Assembly (NCBI GenBank): GCA_002773725.1
Contig: PFAH01000007.1
Location: 19,485-83,484, forward strand
DNA: 64,000 bases
Reading direction: 5' to 3'
Source of the DNA: Candidatus Colwellbacteria bacterium CG10_big_fil_rev_8_21_14_0_10_42_22
GTDB taxonomy: Bacteria > Patescibacteriota > Minisyncoccia > UBA6257 > Colwellbacteraceae
The position numbers were made by a program, and so were the translations under genes. Below the pieces are notes generated by a model. The model was not told the DNA's origin, did not search any database, and saw nothing but the letters and a program-made list of their open reading frames with translations. Every line of letters begins with the position of its first letter. Positions within the stretch are counted from its first letter, which is position 1. This document shows, in pieces, positions 1-10,544 of the stretch.

Positions 1-1
1 T

Positions 2-607
2 AAAAAGATCTGCGTTCGCATCGTCTTGATTTACAAAGAACTTCTTTTCCTTCTTTGATAGAGCACCCCTTACATATCGAAAGAATTTAAGCTTGGCGTT
101 CCGGTATCTTTCAAAACTACCGTGGGATTCTATGTGCTCTGGGTGAATATTAACGAAGGCCGCTCTGTCAAAGTCGATAAAACGATGCCTATGGCGCACT
201 ACGCCCTCGGACCCGATCTCCAAAAGCACGTACTGACAACCCTTGTTAACGGCTTCTTTTATAAAGTTTTGAGCATAAAAACGTCCCGGCTGAGTATTGC
301 CCAAAAGATTGGGTTCTGTTTTTTTATCCAGTTTGATACGCACAGAGGAAAGAAGGGCGGTTTTCTTGCCCGCCTCTTCAAGGCCTGCGTTGATAAGCTC
401 TAGGGTGGTCGTTTTACCCTTAGTGCCCGTTACTCCAACCACCCTTATCTTCCTGGACGGGAACCCATAGATTAGAGCGCCCAAAAGGGCTAGGGAGTAG
501 TGATAGGCGGACGGGGCAAATGGAATTTTATAAAGTAGTTTAAATAAAGAGTTCCTTTTTGTGGCTTCTAAAATTGCGTTGATCCTGTTCCATGAAGGGC
601 TTTTCAT
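2..607 (-). CDS. murE: Mur ligase, MurE-like (3' end runs off the window)
   Basis: Manual minus-strand translation from ATG at 607 gives ...IRVVGVTGTKGKTTT (Mur P-loop) and NIHPEHIESHGSFERYRNAK. Not in the ORF track because it is truncated. Confidence 0.8.
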   Translation of the reverse strand, partial: MKSPSWNRINAILEATKRNSLFKLLYKIPFAPSAYHYSLALLGALIYGFPSRKIRVVGVTGTKGKTTTLELINAGLEEAGKKTALLSSVRIKLDKKTEPNLLGNTQPGRFYAQNFIKEAVNKGCQYVLLEIGSEGVVRHRHRFIDFDRAAFVNIHPEHIESHGSFERYRNAKLKFFRYVRGALSKKEKKFFVNQDDANADLF

Positions 608-611
608 AGGG

Positions 612-1184
612 CTAACCCTTAATTTTTTTAAGCGCTTCTTTAAGGCGGTCTCTAACGTCTGTTATAGAAGAGTCGATCTCTCGCAAAACCTCTTCTACTT
701 TCCTCTTTTGATATCCAAGCCCCACAAGCGCCTCATATACATCCCTGTCCGACTCGGCTAACGCGGCGAACGACCCCCCTTCTACTCCACCCATTTTGTC
801 TCTAAGCTCAACTATAATTCTTTCGGCGGTTTTCTTGCCAACTCCTGAAGAGCGCCTCAGAAAGTCCGGCTCTCCACCGGCGATAGCAGCCATCAATTTG
901 TCTGCAGATGCAACGGAAAGTATGGCCATAGCCGATTTTGGGCCCACTCCCGATACCGAAACCAGTTTCTCAAAGAGCCCTAGTTTTTGTTCTTCAAAAA
1001 ATCCGTACAAATCTATGCCTCCTTCTCTGGCGTGTAAATATGTATATATCTCTAATAGTTCACCGACTTTAGGCAACTTCTCTTGGGTTACAGGAATATA
1101 GACCTTATAGCTTACTCCGCCAACGCCAATCACTATGTGGTTTAGTCCTACATCTTTTAATTCTCCCGATAATCCATGAATCAT
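612..1184 (-). CDS. ruvA: Holliday junction DNA-binding subunit RuvA
   Basis: MIHGLSGEL start (likely ATG 1184), HhH motifs VSGVGPKSA and GVGKKTAERI, C-terminal ALVGLGY. Confidence 0.95.
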   Translation of the reverse strand: MIHGLSGELKDVGLNHIVIGVGGVSYKVYIPVTQEKLPKVGELLEIYTYLHAREGGIDLYGFFEEQKLGLFEKLVSVSGVGPKSAMAILSVASADKLMAAIAGGEPDFLRRSSGVGKKTAERIIVELRDKMGGVEGGSFAALAESDRDVYEALVGLGYQKRKVEEVLREIDSSITDVRDRLKEALKKIKG

Positions 1185-1254
1185 GCTCCTGGGGTTCATT
1201 ATAGAAGTCCGGAAGCGCTTTCTCAACGGCTCTTAATTTATTAAAATAATAAAG

Positions 1255-1584
1255 ATGATAAATAAAGAATTGCTCGAAAAATTAACAAAAACCCTTAATG
1301 AGGACCGGGAGCGCATTATGGATAAGTTAGAGTCCCTGCAAGACATGGACTTTGGCGACGCGCCCGGAGATGACAACGAAGAAGCGGATGAAACAGAAGA
1401 AGCGGTTAATGAACTCGTCACGGCTCAAATCCTTGAAAGGCGCTTAATGGATATCGAAGACGCCCTTAAAAGGATTGATGGAGGCACATATGGGAAATGT
1501 ATTCGTTGCGGGGAGGATCTCTCTCAAGAAATGTTAGAAGCTAGTCCCGAATCTGGTTTGTGCAAAGCGTGTAAGACGGGTTGA
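1255..1584 (+). CDS. TraR/DksA C4-type zinc-finger protein
   Basis: Coiled coil followed by ALKRIDGGTYGKCIRCGE...LCKAC. Confidence 0.85.
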   Translation: MINKELLEKLTKTLNEDRERIMDKLESLQDMDFGDAPGDDNEEADETEEAVNELVTAQILERRLMDIEDALKRIDGGTYGKCIRCGEDLSQEMLEASPESGLCKACKTG

Positions 1585-3113
1585 TGACAAGCTCTTCGGC
1601 TAAGATTTATTCAGCTGAACTGGAGGGTATAAACGCCAAACTGGTAGAAGTAGAGACCGACCTTAATGTCGGTCTTCATTCTTTTAATATCGTGGGGCTC
1701 GCCGACAAGGCGGTTTCTGAGGCAAAAGAAAGGGTTAGCTCTGCTATTAAAAATGCCGGTTTTAAACCACCTAATCGTGAAAACAGAAAGATCACAATCA
1801 ACTTGGCTCCTGCTGATCTGAAAAAAGCCGGCACCCAATATGATTTAGCGATTGCTGTTGGTTATCTTTGTGCCACTAAACAAATTAAATCCTTTAGTCC
1901 AGATGGATTGTTGTTTTTTGGTGAACTGGCCCTAGATGGCAGGGTTCGAAAAATACCGGGCGGGTTAAACACGGCCCTTTTGGCCAAAGAGTTGGGTAAA
2001 AAGGAACTCTATCTTCCAACAGAGAACGCCAAGGAGGCAAGTTGTGTATCGGACATTGGAGTTGTTCCCATTAATAGTTTGTCTGAATTGGTCAATCATC
2101 TTGAAGGAGTTAAAACCATTGCCCCTCACCCATATCGAGAATACGCTCCCACCAACACATCTTCCGTGAACATAGATGACGTAAAGGGTCAGGCATTTGC
2201 TAAACGCGCCTTAGTTATAGCGGCCAGTGGAGGACACAACATTTTAATGATTGGTCCACCGGGGTCAGGCAAAACAATGTTGGCCAATTCCATCGTGTCC
2301 ATATTGCCACCCATGGACTTAGATGAAGCGCTCGAGGTCTCGAGAATTTGGAGCTCTGTTGGACTTTTGAAAGGGTCTTTGGTTAATGAACGGCCTTTTA
2401 GGGCTCCCCACCAAACGGCATCTCCAGCATCTGTCATGGGAGGAGGAGCGTCTCCTCGAGCGGGTGAAATAAGTTTGGCCCACAGGGGGGTATTGTTTCT
2501 GGATGAGCTTCCGGAATTCAGAAGAGATTTATTAGAATCTCTTCGTCAACCCATAGAGTCCGGCGAAGTGGTCATATCAAGGGTTAGTAATAATATTTCT
2601 TTTCCCGCTAAATTTATGCTAGTAACAGCAATGAATCCGTGTCCCTGCGGATTTTATGAGGATGTGGAGAAAGAATGTGTTTGTAGTGCCAACGAAGTTT
2701 TTAGATATCAAAAGAGAATATCGGGGCCTCTCTTGGATAGAATTGATATTCAGATAGATGTTCCTCGTCTTAAGCTGGACGACTTAAACGCGCCCACAAA
2801 CATCGGCGAGGGAGAGAATTTACAAAAACAAGTTAACGAGGCGCGACTCATTCAAAAAGCACGTTTTGCTTGGGCTGGCATCAACGCCAAAATCAATTCA
2901 GAGATGAGCTCTCGGGAGTGTGAGGATATTATTTCTATAACAAAAGAGGGGAAAGATTTTATTAAAAGTGTTTTTGATAAATCTCTACTTTCTACGCGCA
3001 GTTATTATCGTCTTTTAAAGACGGCCCAAACTATCGCTGATTTAGAAAAGAGCGAAGTAGTTGACGCCCCTCATCTTGCAGAAGCGTTCCAATTTAGAAT
3101 TAGGGGGAAATAG
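1584..3113 (+). CDS. comM: YifB/ComM Mg-chelatase-like AAA+ ATPase
   Basis: ITINLAPADLKK, GPPGSGKT, GEISLAHRGVLFLDELPEF, NPCPCG, RISGPLLDRIDI. Confidence 0.92.
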   Translation: MTSSSAKIYSAELEGINAKLVEVETDLNVGLHSFNIVGLADKAVSEAKERVSSAIKNAGFKPPNRENRKITINLAPADLKKAGTQYDLAIAVGYLCATKQIKSFSPDGLLFFGELALDGRVRKIPGGLNTALLAKELGKKELYLPTENAKEASCVSDIGVVPINSLSELVNHLEGVKTIAPHPYREYAPTNTSSVNIDDVKGQAFAKRALVIAASGGHNILMIGPPGSGKTMLANSIVSILPPMDLDEALEVSRIWSSVGLLKGSLVNERPFRAPHQTASPASVMGGGASPRAGEISLAHRGVLFLDELPEFRRDLLESLRQPIESGEVVISRVSNNISFPAKFMLVTAMNPCPCGFYEDVEKECVCSANEVFRYQKRISGPLLDRIDIQIDVPRLKLDDLNAPTNIGEGENLQKQVNEARLIQKARFAWAGINAKINSEMSSRECEDIISITKEGKDFIKSVFDKSLLSTRSYYRLLKTAQTIADLEKSEVVDAPHLAEAFQFRIRGK

Positions 3114-3115
3114 AT

Positions 3116-3157
3116 TCTTCAGGGACGACACCTGTTTGGGGGTGTCGTCCCTGAAGA
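3116..3157. terminator. 17-bp perfect stem between convergent comM and hpt
   Basis: TCTTCAGGGACGACACC (3116-3132) pairs with GGTGTCGTCCCTGAAGA (3141-3157); 8-nt loop. Confidence 0.7.
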
Positions 3158-3164
3158 CGAATGG

Positions 3165-3692
3165 TCATTGAGGCGGAATTGAACAAATGTTGGGCAATGT
3201 CCGGTGACGCTCCGCAAAGTCGAGTCCGTACCCGACCACCCAAACATCCGGAATCTCAAACCCAACATAGTCGAGCCCGTTCTCAACCCGCTTGCGCGCC
3301 GGTTTGTGCAACAACGTGCACGTCCGGAGCGAACGTGGTCCGCGCGCCTCAAAAAGACGCGTGAGATATAGCAGAGTGTGTCCGGTATCGACGATGTCCT
3401 CAACAATCAGGACATCTGCATTGGCGATGTCGTGACGTACGTCCATCACCAATTTGACCCGCCCGGCCTCGTCGCTCTCCTTATCGCCATACGAGGAAAC
3501 GGCGATGAACTCGATGCGATGAGGCACCGTCAAGGCACGAGCCAAATCGGACAAGAAGATGAACGATCCCTTCAAAACGCCCACCAAGACAAGCTCTCTC
3601 GAAGAAACGTATTGCTGGTCAATCTCGGTCGCCAAGGAGGCAACTCTCTTGGCGATTTCTTGCGCAGACAACAACTCTCTCGGTTGTTCCAT
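3165..3692 (-). CDS. hpt: Hypoxanthine phosphoribosyltransferase
   Basis: LVGVLKGSFIFLSDL, PRPP loop VLIVEDIVDTGHTL, WVVGYGLD. Confidence 0.95.
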   Translation of the reverse strand: MEQPRELLSAQEIAKRVASLATEIDQQYVSSRELVLVGVLKGSFIFLSDLARALTVPHRIEFIAVSSYGDKESDEAGRVKLVMDVRHDIANADVLIVEDIVDTGHTLLYLTRLFEARGPRSLRTCTLLHKPARKRVENGLDYVGFEIPDVWVVGYGLDFAERHRTLPNICSIPPQ

Positions 3693-3908
3693 TTCCCCTG
3701 TCTCTCTTTCGATTTTGGTGTACAGATTGCGTAAGCAAAGACGCTTAGTAGAAATAACACGCGCCCTTAGGGCGCGTCAATCAAAAGCATTAAGGGTGTC
3801 TTTAAAAACCTTTACCGAATAAACAAAAGTTCTGATAACTCTATGTCAAAAAATATATATGCTAAAACGATTGTAAAAATAGTTGTGTTTAAGATTTTTT
3901 TAATCATC

Positions 3909-4742
3909 TTATCTGGCAAATGGATTAGACATCCCCGAAACCCCAAAGTGAACATGACATCCGGTTGAACCATGTGTCATGCCCGTATTGCCAACACGAG
4001 CAATTTGTTCACCTTGCTCCACCCCGTCTCCAACCTCAACTAAGTTTTCTGAGTTGTGAGAATAAAGCGTTCTGGAACCATTGGCATGGCTTATTAATAT
4101 ATACCCCCCATATCCTTGGTTATATAAATCAACGCTTCCTACTCTCAAAACCTTACCGGAAGCAGCGGCATAAATCGGCGATCCACACGCCTTTCCAATG
4201 TCAACAGCCGGCATGTAGCTAGTGTCGTGAAGTTGTCCCCAGTTCCAGCCACCATCTACTGGCCTTATAAAGTATCCGTCATTAGCGGGTGGCGTTTCGG
4301 ATTCTGTGCTTTTGACCACAGATCCGGAAGTTGATACGGGCAAAATAACTAACTCTTCGCCAGGTTTTATTAAGCTCGTGCCTTTGTCATTAGCTGATTT
4401 AATATTGTTAACAGACAAGCCAAAGGCAGAGGCAATACTTGAGAGGGTGTCACCGTCTTTGACAACATATGTTAATAATTCGTCCGAGCGGGCCTCGTAT
4501 TCGCCAAATGGGTTATCTTCCCCCGAGAGAGACCCTCTTTCGACTAATACGAATCCGCCAAAATCCTCGTAGGCTCCTTCGTGGTCTATCTCTGTTGTTG
4601 GTCCTGCATCGCCAAGAAATGCCCCTCCGTACGCCTGTCCAATCAAATCGTTTGCTATAAATTCGGGGTCTGGAAGAGGCGCTTGGTTTGCCAACCTAAA
4701 AAAGGCCAGATCGGCCATTATTATTCCCAAAACTATTATCAC
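3909..4742 (-). CDS. LysM + M23 peptidase protein
   Basis: LysM YVVKDGDTLSSIASAFG; M23 motifs H-x-D, LYSH, GCHVHF. Confidence 0.9.
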   Translation of the reverse strand: MIIVLGIIMADLAFFRLANQAPLPDPEFIANDLIGQAYGGAFLGDAGPTTEIDHEGAYEDFGGFVLVERGSLSGEDNPFGEYEARSDELLTYVVKDGDTLSSIASAFGLSVNNIKSANDKGTSLIKPGEELVILPVSTSGSVVKSTESETPPANDGYFIRPVDGGWNWGQLHDTSYMPAVDIGKACGSPIYAAASGKVLRVGSVDLYNQGYGGYILISHANGSRTLYSHNSENLVEVGDGVEQGEQIARVGNTGMTHGSTGCHVHFGVSGMSNPFAR

Positions 4743-4854
4743 CGGCAGGGTTATCCCTTTAAACCGGCGAGGAAGCTTTTGTGGTATTCTACGAATAACA
4801 GCTATATATTAAGCTGAAATCCGTAAAAATCAAGACGAGTATTCCGCGCAAACC

Positions 4855-6588
4855 ATGAACCTAAGCGATAGTCAAATTGAAGCCGTCTCTTATGGCGAGG
4901 GGCCTCTTTTGGTAACGGCTGGAGCGGGCTCGGGCAAAACTCGCACCCTCACCCAAAGGGTCATCCAACTTATAAACTCCGGCGTAAAGCCGGAACGTAT
5001 TGTTGCCATAACCTTTACAAACAAAGCGGCCGGCGAGATGCGCGAGCGTATCTTGGAAGAAACCCACGCACATCAAAAAACACCTTTTATAGGAACATTT
5101 CACGCTTTCAGTTCTCATATTTTAAGAAAAGAGGCGCATCTGGTGGGTAGGTCTCCAAATTACGTCATATTTGACGACGCCGACTCTCTGCGAGTAATCA
5201 AAAAAATATTAAAGTCCTTTGATTTGGGAGAAGCCAAACTAAAATCCGCGCCCCTTTTTAAACACAAAATTTCCGAAGTTAAAACAGAGCTTAAGGATTC
5301 CCTCTCCCTGACGGAGATAGAAAGAGAGGTATTTCTGGAATATGAAAAAGCGCTAAAGGATCAAAACGCATTTGATTTTGATGATCTGTTGGAAAAAACT
5401 GTTCGTTTATTTCTTGAAAATCTGACAGTTTTACAAAAACATCGCAATCGTTTTGACCATGTATTGGTGGATGAGTATCAGGATATTAATAGGGTCCAAT
5501 ACGAACTAATTAAGCTTTTGGCGGGTGAACATAAAAACCTAAGCGTGGTCGGGGACGACCAGCAGTCAATCTATGCTTTCCGAGGAGCAAACATTAAAAC
5601 CTTTCTGGATTTTGAGCGCGACTGGCCCAAAGCCAAGATAGTTCATTTGGGCGAGAACTACCGTTCATCAGGAAATATCGTTCGCGCCGCCGCCGGCGTC
5701 ATAAAAAATAATCGTTTTCAAATCAAAAAAGAGCTTTGGACCCAAAACCCAGAGGGGGCGCTCGTGCAAGTGTTTGGTGCCCAGACGCCCGACGATGAGG
5801 CAAACAATATTGCGGAACGCATTTTGGCAAACGGCCTTAGAGAATCCGCTATTCTTTATCGCACCAATGCTCAATCACGAGCCCTAGAACAAGCCCTCAA
5901 TTTTCATTCCATACCCTACGAGGTTTATGGGGGAGTTAAGTTTTATGAAAGAAAAGAAATTAAAGATATCTTAGCACCCCTACGCTACGCTCTTAACCCT
6001 AAAGATATTGTTAGCAAGGAAAGGATTGAAAAGACGTTCCTCAAAGCGGTACGCGAAAAACTTATACAAGACCTTCCTGTGTTGGGTAGGGAATTAAATT
6101 TGATGGAGCTGGTGGGGTATGTGCTCAAAACAACTTCGTATTTCGAATATCTTGTTCGCAAATACGAAAACGCCGAAGATAGGACAGAAAACGTACGCGA
6201 GTTAGTTAGTTTTGCTTCGGAGTTTAAGACCCTCTCCGAGTTTATAGAGCGCGTTTCTTTACTACAGGCCAACGATAAACTTGATAAAACATCTCGAGAT
6301 GCGCCTATCAAGATGATGACTATCCATCTGGCCAAAGGGCTTGAGTTTGACGACATATATATTGCCGGTGCCAACGAGGGCTTCTTGCCCCACCATCGTT
6401 CGTATTTCTCGGAAGAAGAACTAGAAGAGGAACGTCGTCTAATGTATGTGGCTATGACGAGGGCCAAAAAGGTGCTCTATATTTTTTTCTACGGATTAGC
6501 GTCTCGCTTTCTATACGAAATTCCACCCGAGCTGGTGAAGTTCAAAACGGCCGATTCTCTAGAGGAAGAAGAAATATATCTTGATTAA
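4855..6588 (+). CDS. pcrA: UvrD/PcrA SF1 helicase
   Basis: AGAGSGKT, VDEYQD, VGDDQQSIYAFRGA, MTIHLAKGLEF, EERRLMYVAMTRA. Confidence 0.93.
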   Translation: MNLSDSQIEAVSYGEGPLLVTAGAGSGKTRTLTQRVIQLINSGVKPERIVAITFTNKAAGEMRERILEETHAHQKTPFIGTFHAFSSHILRKEAHLVGRSPNYVIFDDADSLRVIKKILKSFDLGEAKLKSAPLFKHKISEVKTELKDSLSLTEIEREVFLEYEKALKDQNAFDFDDLLEKTVRLFLENLTVLQKHRNRFDHVLVDEYQDINRVQYELIKLLAGEHKNLSVVGDDQQSIYAFRGANIKTFLDFERDWPKAKIVHLGENYRSSGNIVRAAAGVIKNNRFQIKKELWTQNPEGALVQVFGAQTPDDEANNIAERILANGLRESAILYRTNAQSRALEQALNFHSIPYEVYGGVKFYERKEIKDILAPLRYALNPKDIVSKERIEKTFLKAVREKLIQDLPVLGRELNLMELVGYVLKTTSYFEYLVRKYENAEDRTENVRELVSFASEFKTLSEFIERVSLLQANDKLDKTSRDAPIKMMTIHLAKGLEFDDIYIAGANEGFLPHHRSYFSEEELEEERRLMYVAMTRAKKVLYIFFYGLASRFLYEIPPELVKFKTADSLEEEEIYLD

Positions 6589-7363
6589 GTATCGTCAAAA
6601 TTTGGGTCAAAATTTTTTAAAAGACGCCCGCGCTTTGGACAGAATTGTTTCCGTTTTAGAGATTGGCTCGAAAGATGTTGTGGTGGAAATTGGTCCGGGA
6701 CATGGAGAGCTCACTAGGCGCATCCTTGCTCAAGGCCCCAAGAAACTAGTCGCTATAGAAAAAGATGGGGCTCTTATAGACCATTTTTTAAAAGAATTTT
6801 TAAAGAATCATGCAAACCTAGAAGTTGTTGAAGGCGACGCCCTTAAAGAGTTGCCCAAAGTCGTTGAGGGACTAGGGGGCGAGCCCTATAAGCTGATTGG
6901 CAACATCCCTTATTACATCACGGGTCACCTCCTTCGCACATTGGGAGAATTGGAACACAAACCATCCATAATAACCCTAACGATCCAAAAGGAGGTCGCC
7001 CTACGGCTTTGTGCTACGCCTCCTAAAATGAACTTGCTCTCGGCTAGTGTGGGTATATGGGGTAATGGGAAGATCATTCGTTACATATCTAGAAAATCGT
7101 TTAAGCCATCTCCCAAGGTGGACTCTGCTATTTTGAAAATTGTCCCCAGAAAGGAGCTGGTTGACCCCAACTATTACAAATTCATTAAAGCCCTTTTTGG
7201 AAGTCCCAGAAAAACCGTTTTGAATAACCTTAAGGCGTTGAATCTGCCTAAAGAAGAGTTGGAAAAAATTCTATTTTCTATTGTCTTAAACCCAAAAGCC
7301 CGACCCCAAGATTTAACAATTAAGGAAATTAAGCGACTTTTTATTCTATTCACACACAACTAG
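6581..7363 (+). CDS. rsmA: 16S rRNA dimethyladenosine transferase
   Basis: LGQNFL, VEIGPGHGELT, GNIPYYIT, FKPSPKVDSA. Confidence 0.95.
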   Translation: MIKYRQNLGQNFLKDARALDRIVSVLEIGSKDVVVEIGPGHGELTRRILAQGPKKLVAIEKDGALIDHFLKEFLKNHANLEVVEGDALKELPKVVEGLGGEPYKLIGNIPYYITGHLLRTLGELEHKPSIITLTIQKEVALRLCATPPKMNLLSASVGIWGNGKIIRYISRKSFKPSPKVDSAILKIVPRKELVDPNYYKFIKALFGSPRKTVLNNLKALNLPKEELEKILFSIVLNPKARPQDLTIKEIKRLFILFTHN

Positions 7364-7402
7364 GTCCAAAGAGCTGTATAATTAATGTAAATATCCCATT
7401 TA

Positions 7403-9682
7403 ATGAGGGAGTTTAGAAAACATATCTTAAAGGCATTATCAACGCTGGTTGTTTTGCTTGTTGTTGGTGTCAATGTTGAGCACGCGTTAGCTAAAACGTG
7501 GTGGAACCCCCTTGATTGGCCAAGTCTAATAGGGGGCAAGTTGAGTCAAATGGCGGCTGATATTGCAGAGGGTATTGCGCGGCTTATATCTGGGGTGCTA
7601 GATATAGTCGCTGGAATTTTTTATCAACTAGCGAGTATAGCGGTTGAAACCTCTGTTCAAACAAACCAGCTACTTCCCAGAAGCGAGATTATAAAAGAGG
7701 GCTTAGACATCACGTTGACCATAACTAATATGGGCTTAATCGTTGGGGTGATTGTCTATGCTTTTGCGGTTATCACTAAAGCCGATTGGATTGTTGATGT
7801 TAAAAAACAGGCGCCCAAATTCATCGCAACCCTGATACTTATCCAATTTAGTTATTTCATAACCATGCACCTCATCGTGGTTCCCTCGAACGGACTAACG
7901 GACCTTATGCACCAAGCCACCAACTATACGCCCGAAAGTTTTAGAGGAACCTTTAATCCTAATATAGATATAAATCCTGCTGTTCAACAACAGGTTGCTA
8001 TGGCAAAAATAGCGGGGGGCAACAGTGACATTACTGTGCCTGATATAGAAAACTACTTTCTGTTTAGAGAAGAGGGAATGACGGCTATAAAGGAATCTTT
8101 GGATGCATACAATAATGACGGTCTTATGGAGGGCACGGTGGTTACTGAAGCCCAAAAGCAAGCTGTGGCTAGGTCCTTTATTGACGCAAGCCTGTCTTTC
8201 GGAGGTATCTTTGAAAAAATCCTTGGAAGTGATGGTGATGCAGCTACTTATATATTCACAAGGGCACCCGATTGGTTAGTCGATAGTTTTAAAGACAAGG
8301 TTGATGAGACCTTAGGGGCAAGCGGAGCGCCGTATAAAGACCTAAATGGAGACATATTTGAAACGTCCAGCACCAAGGCCATCTTTGTAGGAAACGTTTT
8401 GGCTCCTGCTTTTGTTGAAAAAGTAAACGAGCGCTTTAGTGGGTGCGTAGATGTGTCTGGAGAAGATTATTTAGGGGCGTTTATCAACTATCTGAACGAG
8501 GGTCCGTGCGACCAGCTTATGGAAGTATATGTGGCAATAAACCAAGAGCTTCCCCCTCTCGATCGGATAACGATTGCTTTTGCGGAGGTTCTCTTTAAAA
8601 CAATTTTTGTGTTTCTGGGTGTAATATCCTTGTTAGCCATAGCAGCCCTTCTTTATGTCAGATATGTGGCTATTAGTATTTTAATTATCGTCTTTCCGTT
8701 CGTTTGGATTGCTTGGATATTTCCTAAGATTTCTTCTTTTGGTGGCGGGAGTTTGTGGAGTAAGTGGTGGACCGAATTTGTTCGTTGGGTAATCTTTGGG
8801 CCCGTTATGATGTTCTTCCTATTCCTGGCAGTTAAATTAGCTACCACCGTTGATACACCGCTATACTCGCCTTCTGCAGAAGATTTGGCTGGATTTGCCG
8901 GCAAAAGCTCTTTGGCTATAACAGGAGCGGCGGTGGGACAACTTTTGGTGGTACTTGGTTTTCTCATCGGAGGATTGTTTGCGGCCAACAAAATGGGCGT
9001 TAAGGGCTCGCAGATGTTCTATAACGCCGCCCAACAGGGGGCAAAACAAATAGCCACTAGGGGCTCTATGGCGATGGCGCGTTTGACGGCCGGCACTACC
9101 ACTAGGGTTGTTGGGCTCGGGGTGAGAACGGCTGGTCTTGCCGCAGACCCCTTAATACGTGCTGGTGGTCGTGGGGTTGCGGGGGCCGCAGCGAGAAGAT
9201 ACCAACAAGGAGGGGGTGGTGTACTAAACACCTTAATGTATCGCGGAGGACTTCGCGCATCTAGCACCAGGCCCGTAAGCGCTGTCGGCAGAAGTCTCGA
9301 AAGGTTAGGTCGGGCTAGAGGATTAGAACAAAGACAACACTTTGTCGTGGGTCAAAATGGTCAACGCATGAATAATTGGAACGTGAGAGTGGACGCCAAT
9401 GGAAACAGAACAATCAGAGAAAGAGTTGGCAACCAGTGGTTAGACAGAACAGATCAAGATTTACAAAACGCAGGGGGTAGAATTTCCAGCCAAAGACGCC
9501 TTAGGGTTTCTCCTCATATTGGCCAAAGGTTACAAAATATATATCGCGACCCGGCTCATGTAGATAGGGCCGCTCAAGAAGTAGCCGATTCCTGGCGAAG
9601 CCCGTTTAATGTATTTGGCGAGGCCTGGCGAGGAGGAGCAGGTGGTGTTATGCGTGGCTTTGGAATAAATAGAAGAAGATAA
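7403..9682 (+). CDS. VirB6/TrbL-like polytopic membrane protein with Arg/Gly-rich C-terminus
   Basis: Signal-like N-terminus and multiple TM helices; LYVRYVAISILIIVFPFVWIAWIFP...WSKWW segment; lies upstream of PrgI and VirB4. Confidence 0.65.
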   Translation: MREFRKHILKALSTLVVLLVVGVNVEHALAKTWWNPLDWPSLIGGKLSQMAADIAEGIARLISGVLDIVAGIFYQLASIAVETSVQTNQLLPRSEIIKEGLDITLTITNMGLIVGVIVYAFAVITKADWIVDVKKQAPKFIATLILIQFSYFITMHLIVVPSNGLTDLMHQATNYTPESFRGTFNPNIDINPAVQQQVAMAKIAGGNSDITVPDIENYFLFREEGMTAIKESLDAYNNDGLMEGTVVTEAQKQAVARSFIDASLSFGGIFEKILGSDGDAATYIFTRAPDWLVDSFKDKVDETLGASGAPYKDLNGDIFETSSTKAIFVGNVLAPAFVEKVNERFSGCVDVSGEDYLGAFINYLNEGPCDQLMEVYVAINQELPPLDRITIAFAEVLFKTIFVFLGVISLLAIAALLYVRYVAISILIIVFPFVWIAWIFPKISSFGGGSLWSKWWTEFVRWVIFGPVMMFFLFLAVKLATTVDTPLYSPSAEDLAGFAGKSSLAITGAAVGQLLVVLGFLIGGLFAANKMGVKGSQMFYNAAQQGAKQIATRGSMAMARLTAGTTTRVVGLGVRTAGLAADPLIRAGGRGVAGAAARRYQQGGGGVLNTLMYRGGLRASSTRPVSAVGRSLERLGRARGLEQRQHFVVGQNGQRMNNWNVRVDANGNRTIRERVGNQWLDRTDQDLQNAGGRISSQRRLRVSPHIGQRLQNIYRDPAHVDRAAQEVADSWRSPFNVFGEAWRGGAGGVMRGFGINRRR

Positions 9683-9683
9683 A

Positions 9684-10544
9684 ATGTATCAAGATTTAAC
9701 ACAAAAACAAATTGAAGAAAGGATGCACCTAGTTTCGGATGGGCTTTGGGCGGTGGCTATATCAGAAGACCTCGCCGAAGAGATAGATAGAATATCAAAA
9801 GAAGCGCCCCTAACAGATGATCAAAAAATTGCCTTAGCCAGAATCATCGGTCTTGTTTTTTTAGGATTCGTAAACAGAGCTGAATTTAGGGGTGCTGTTC
9901 TTAATGAGTTGAAAGAATTGGGAGCGGATGAGGAGTTAGTCGAAGAAGTCGGGGATATTATAGAAGAGGGGGTGTTTGATCCAATCGGCAAAGAACTTGA
10001 TGAGTTTTATAAATCTATGAATCCCGACAACAAAAACGAGGGTGGCGTCGCACCTATTCCTGAAAAAGGCGTACCGCTAGTAAGACCAAAGCCCGCTCAA
10101 GAAAAGATGCAAACAGGAGCCCCAACCCCCGAACTACAGATATCCCCTGCCCCGCCCGCACAAACGCCCCCTCCGCCGGCCACGCCATTTGTAATTCATG
10201 AGCGCGAAGAGCCCGAAGCTGTTGTTGAGGGGTCCGGCTATGTTGGGGACCTTGTGCGACCATCTTTTTATTCGGACACAGAAAAAAGTAGTGAATATAC
10301 AGAACAAACTCCCGCCGCTCGACTCGAACTAGGAAACGAGGACCCTGGGACTCAGGTCGAGCCGACCACTGCCAAAGTTGGTAAAGAAAATGCACGCGTC
10401 GTACACTACAGCGCACCCGAAGCTCCGGCCGATCCGTTCGCCCAAACCCCTATGTTAAAACCCAACTCTTCGCCCACGTCCGAAATTCCAAAGAAGCAAG
10501 TTCCAAAAAACAATGTGGTTAATCTTAAAGATTTGCCTCAATGA
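9684..10544 (+). CDS. Hypothetical protein (acidic N-domain, Pro-rich C-region) in the T4SS-like operon
   Basis: Long ORF translationally coupled to its neighbours. Confidence 0.7.
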   Translation: MYQDLTQKQIEERMHLVSDGLWAVAISEDLAEEIDRISKEAPLTDDQKIALARIIGLVFLGFVNRAEFRGAVLNELKELGADEELVEEVGDIIEEGVFDPIGKELDEFYKSMNPDNKNEGGVAPIPEKGVPLVRPKPAQEKMQTGAPTPELQISPAPPAQTPPPPATPFVIHEREEPEAVVEGSGYVGDLVRPSFYSDTEKSSEYTEQTPAARLELGNEDPGTQVEPTTAKVGKENARVVHYSAPEAPADPFAQTPMLKPNSSPTSEIPKKQVPKNNVVNLKDLPQ

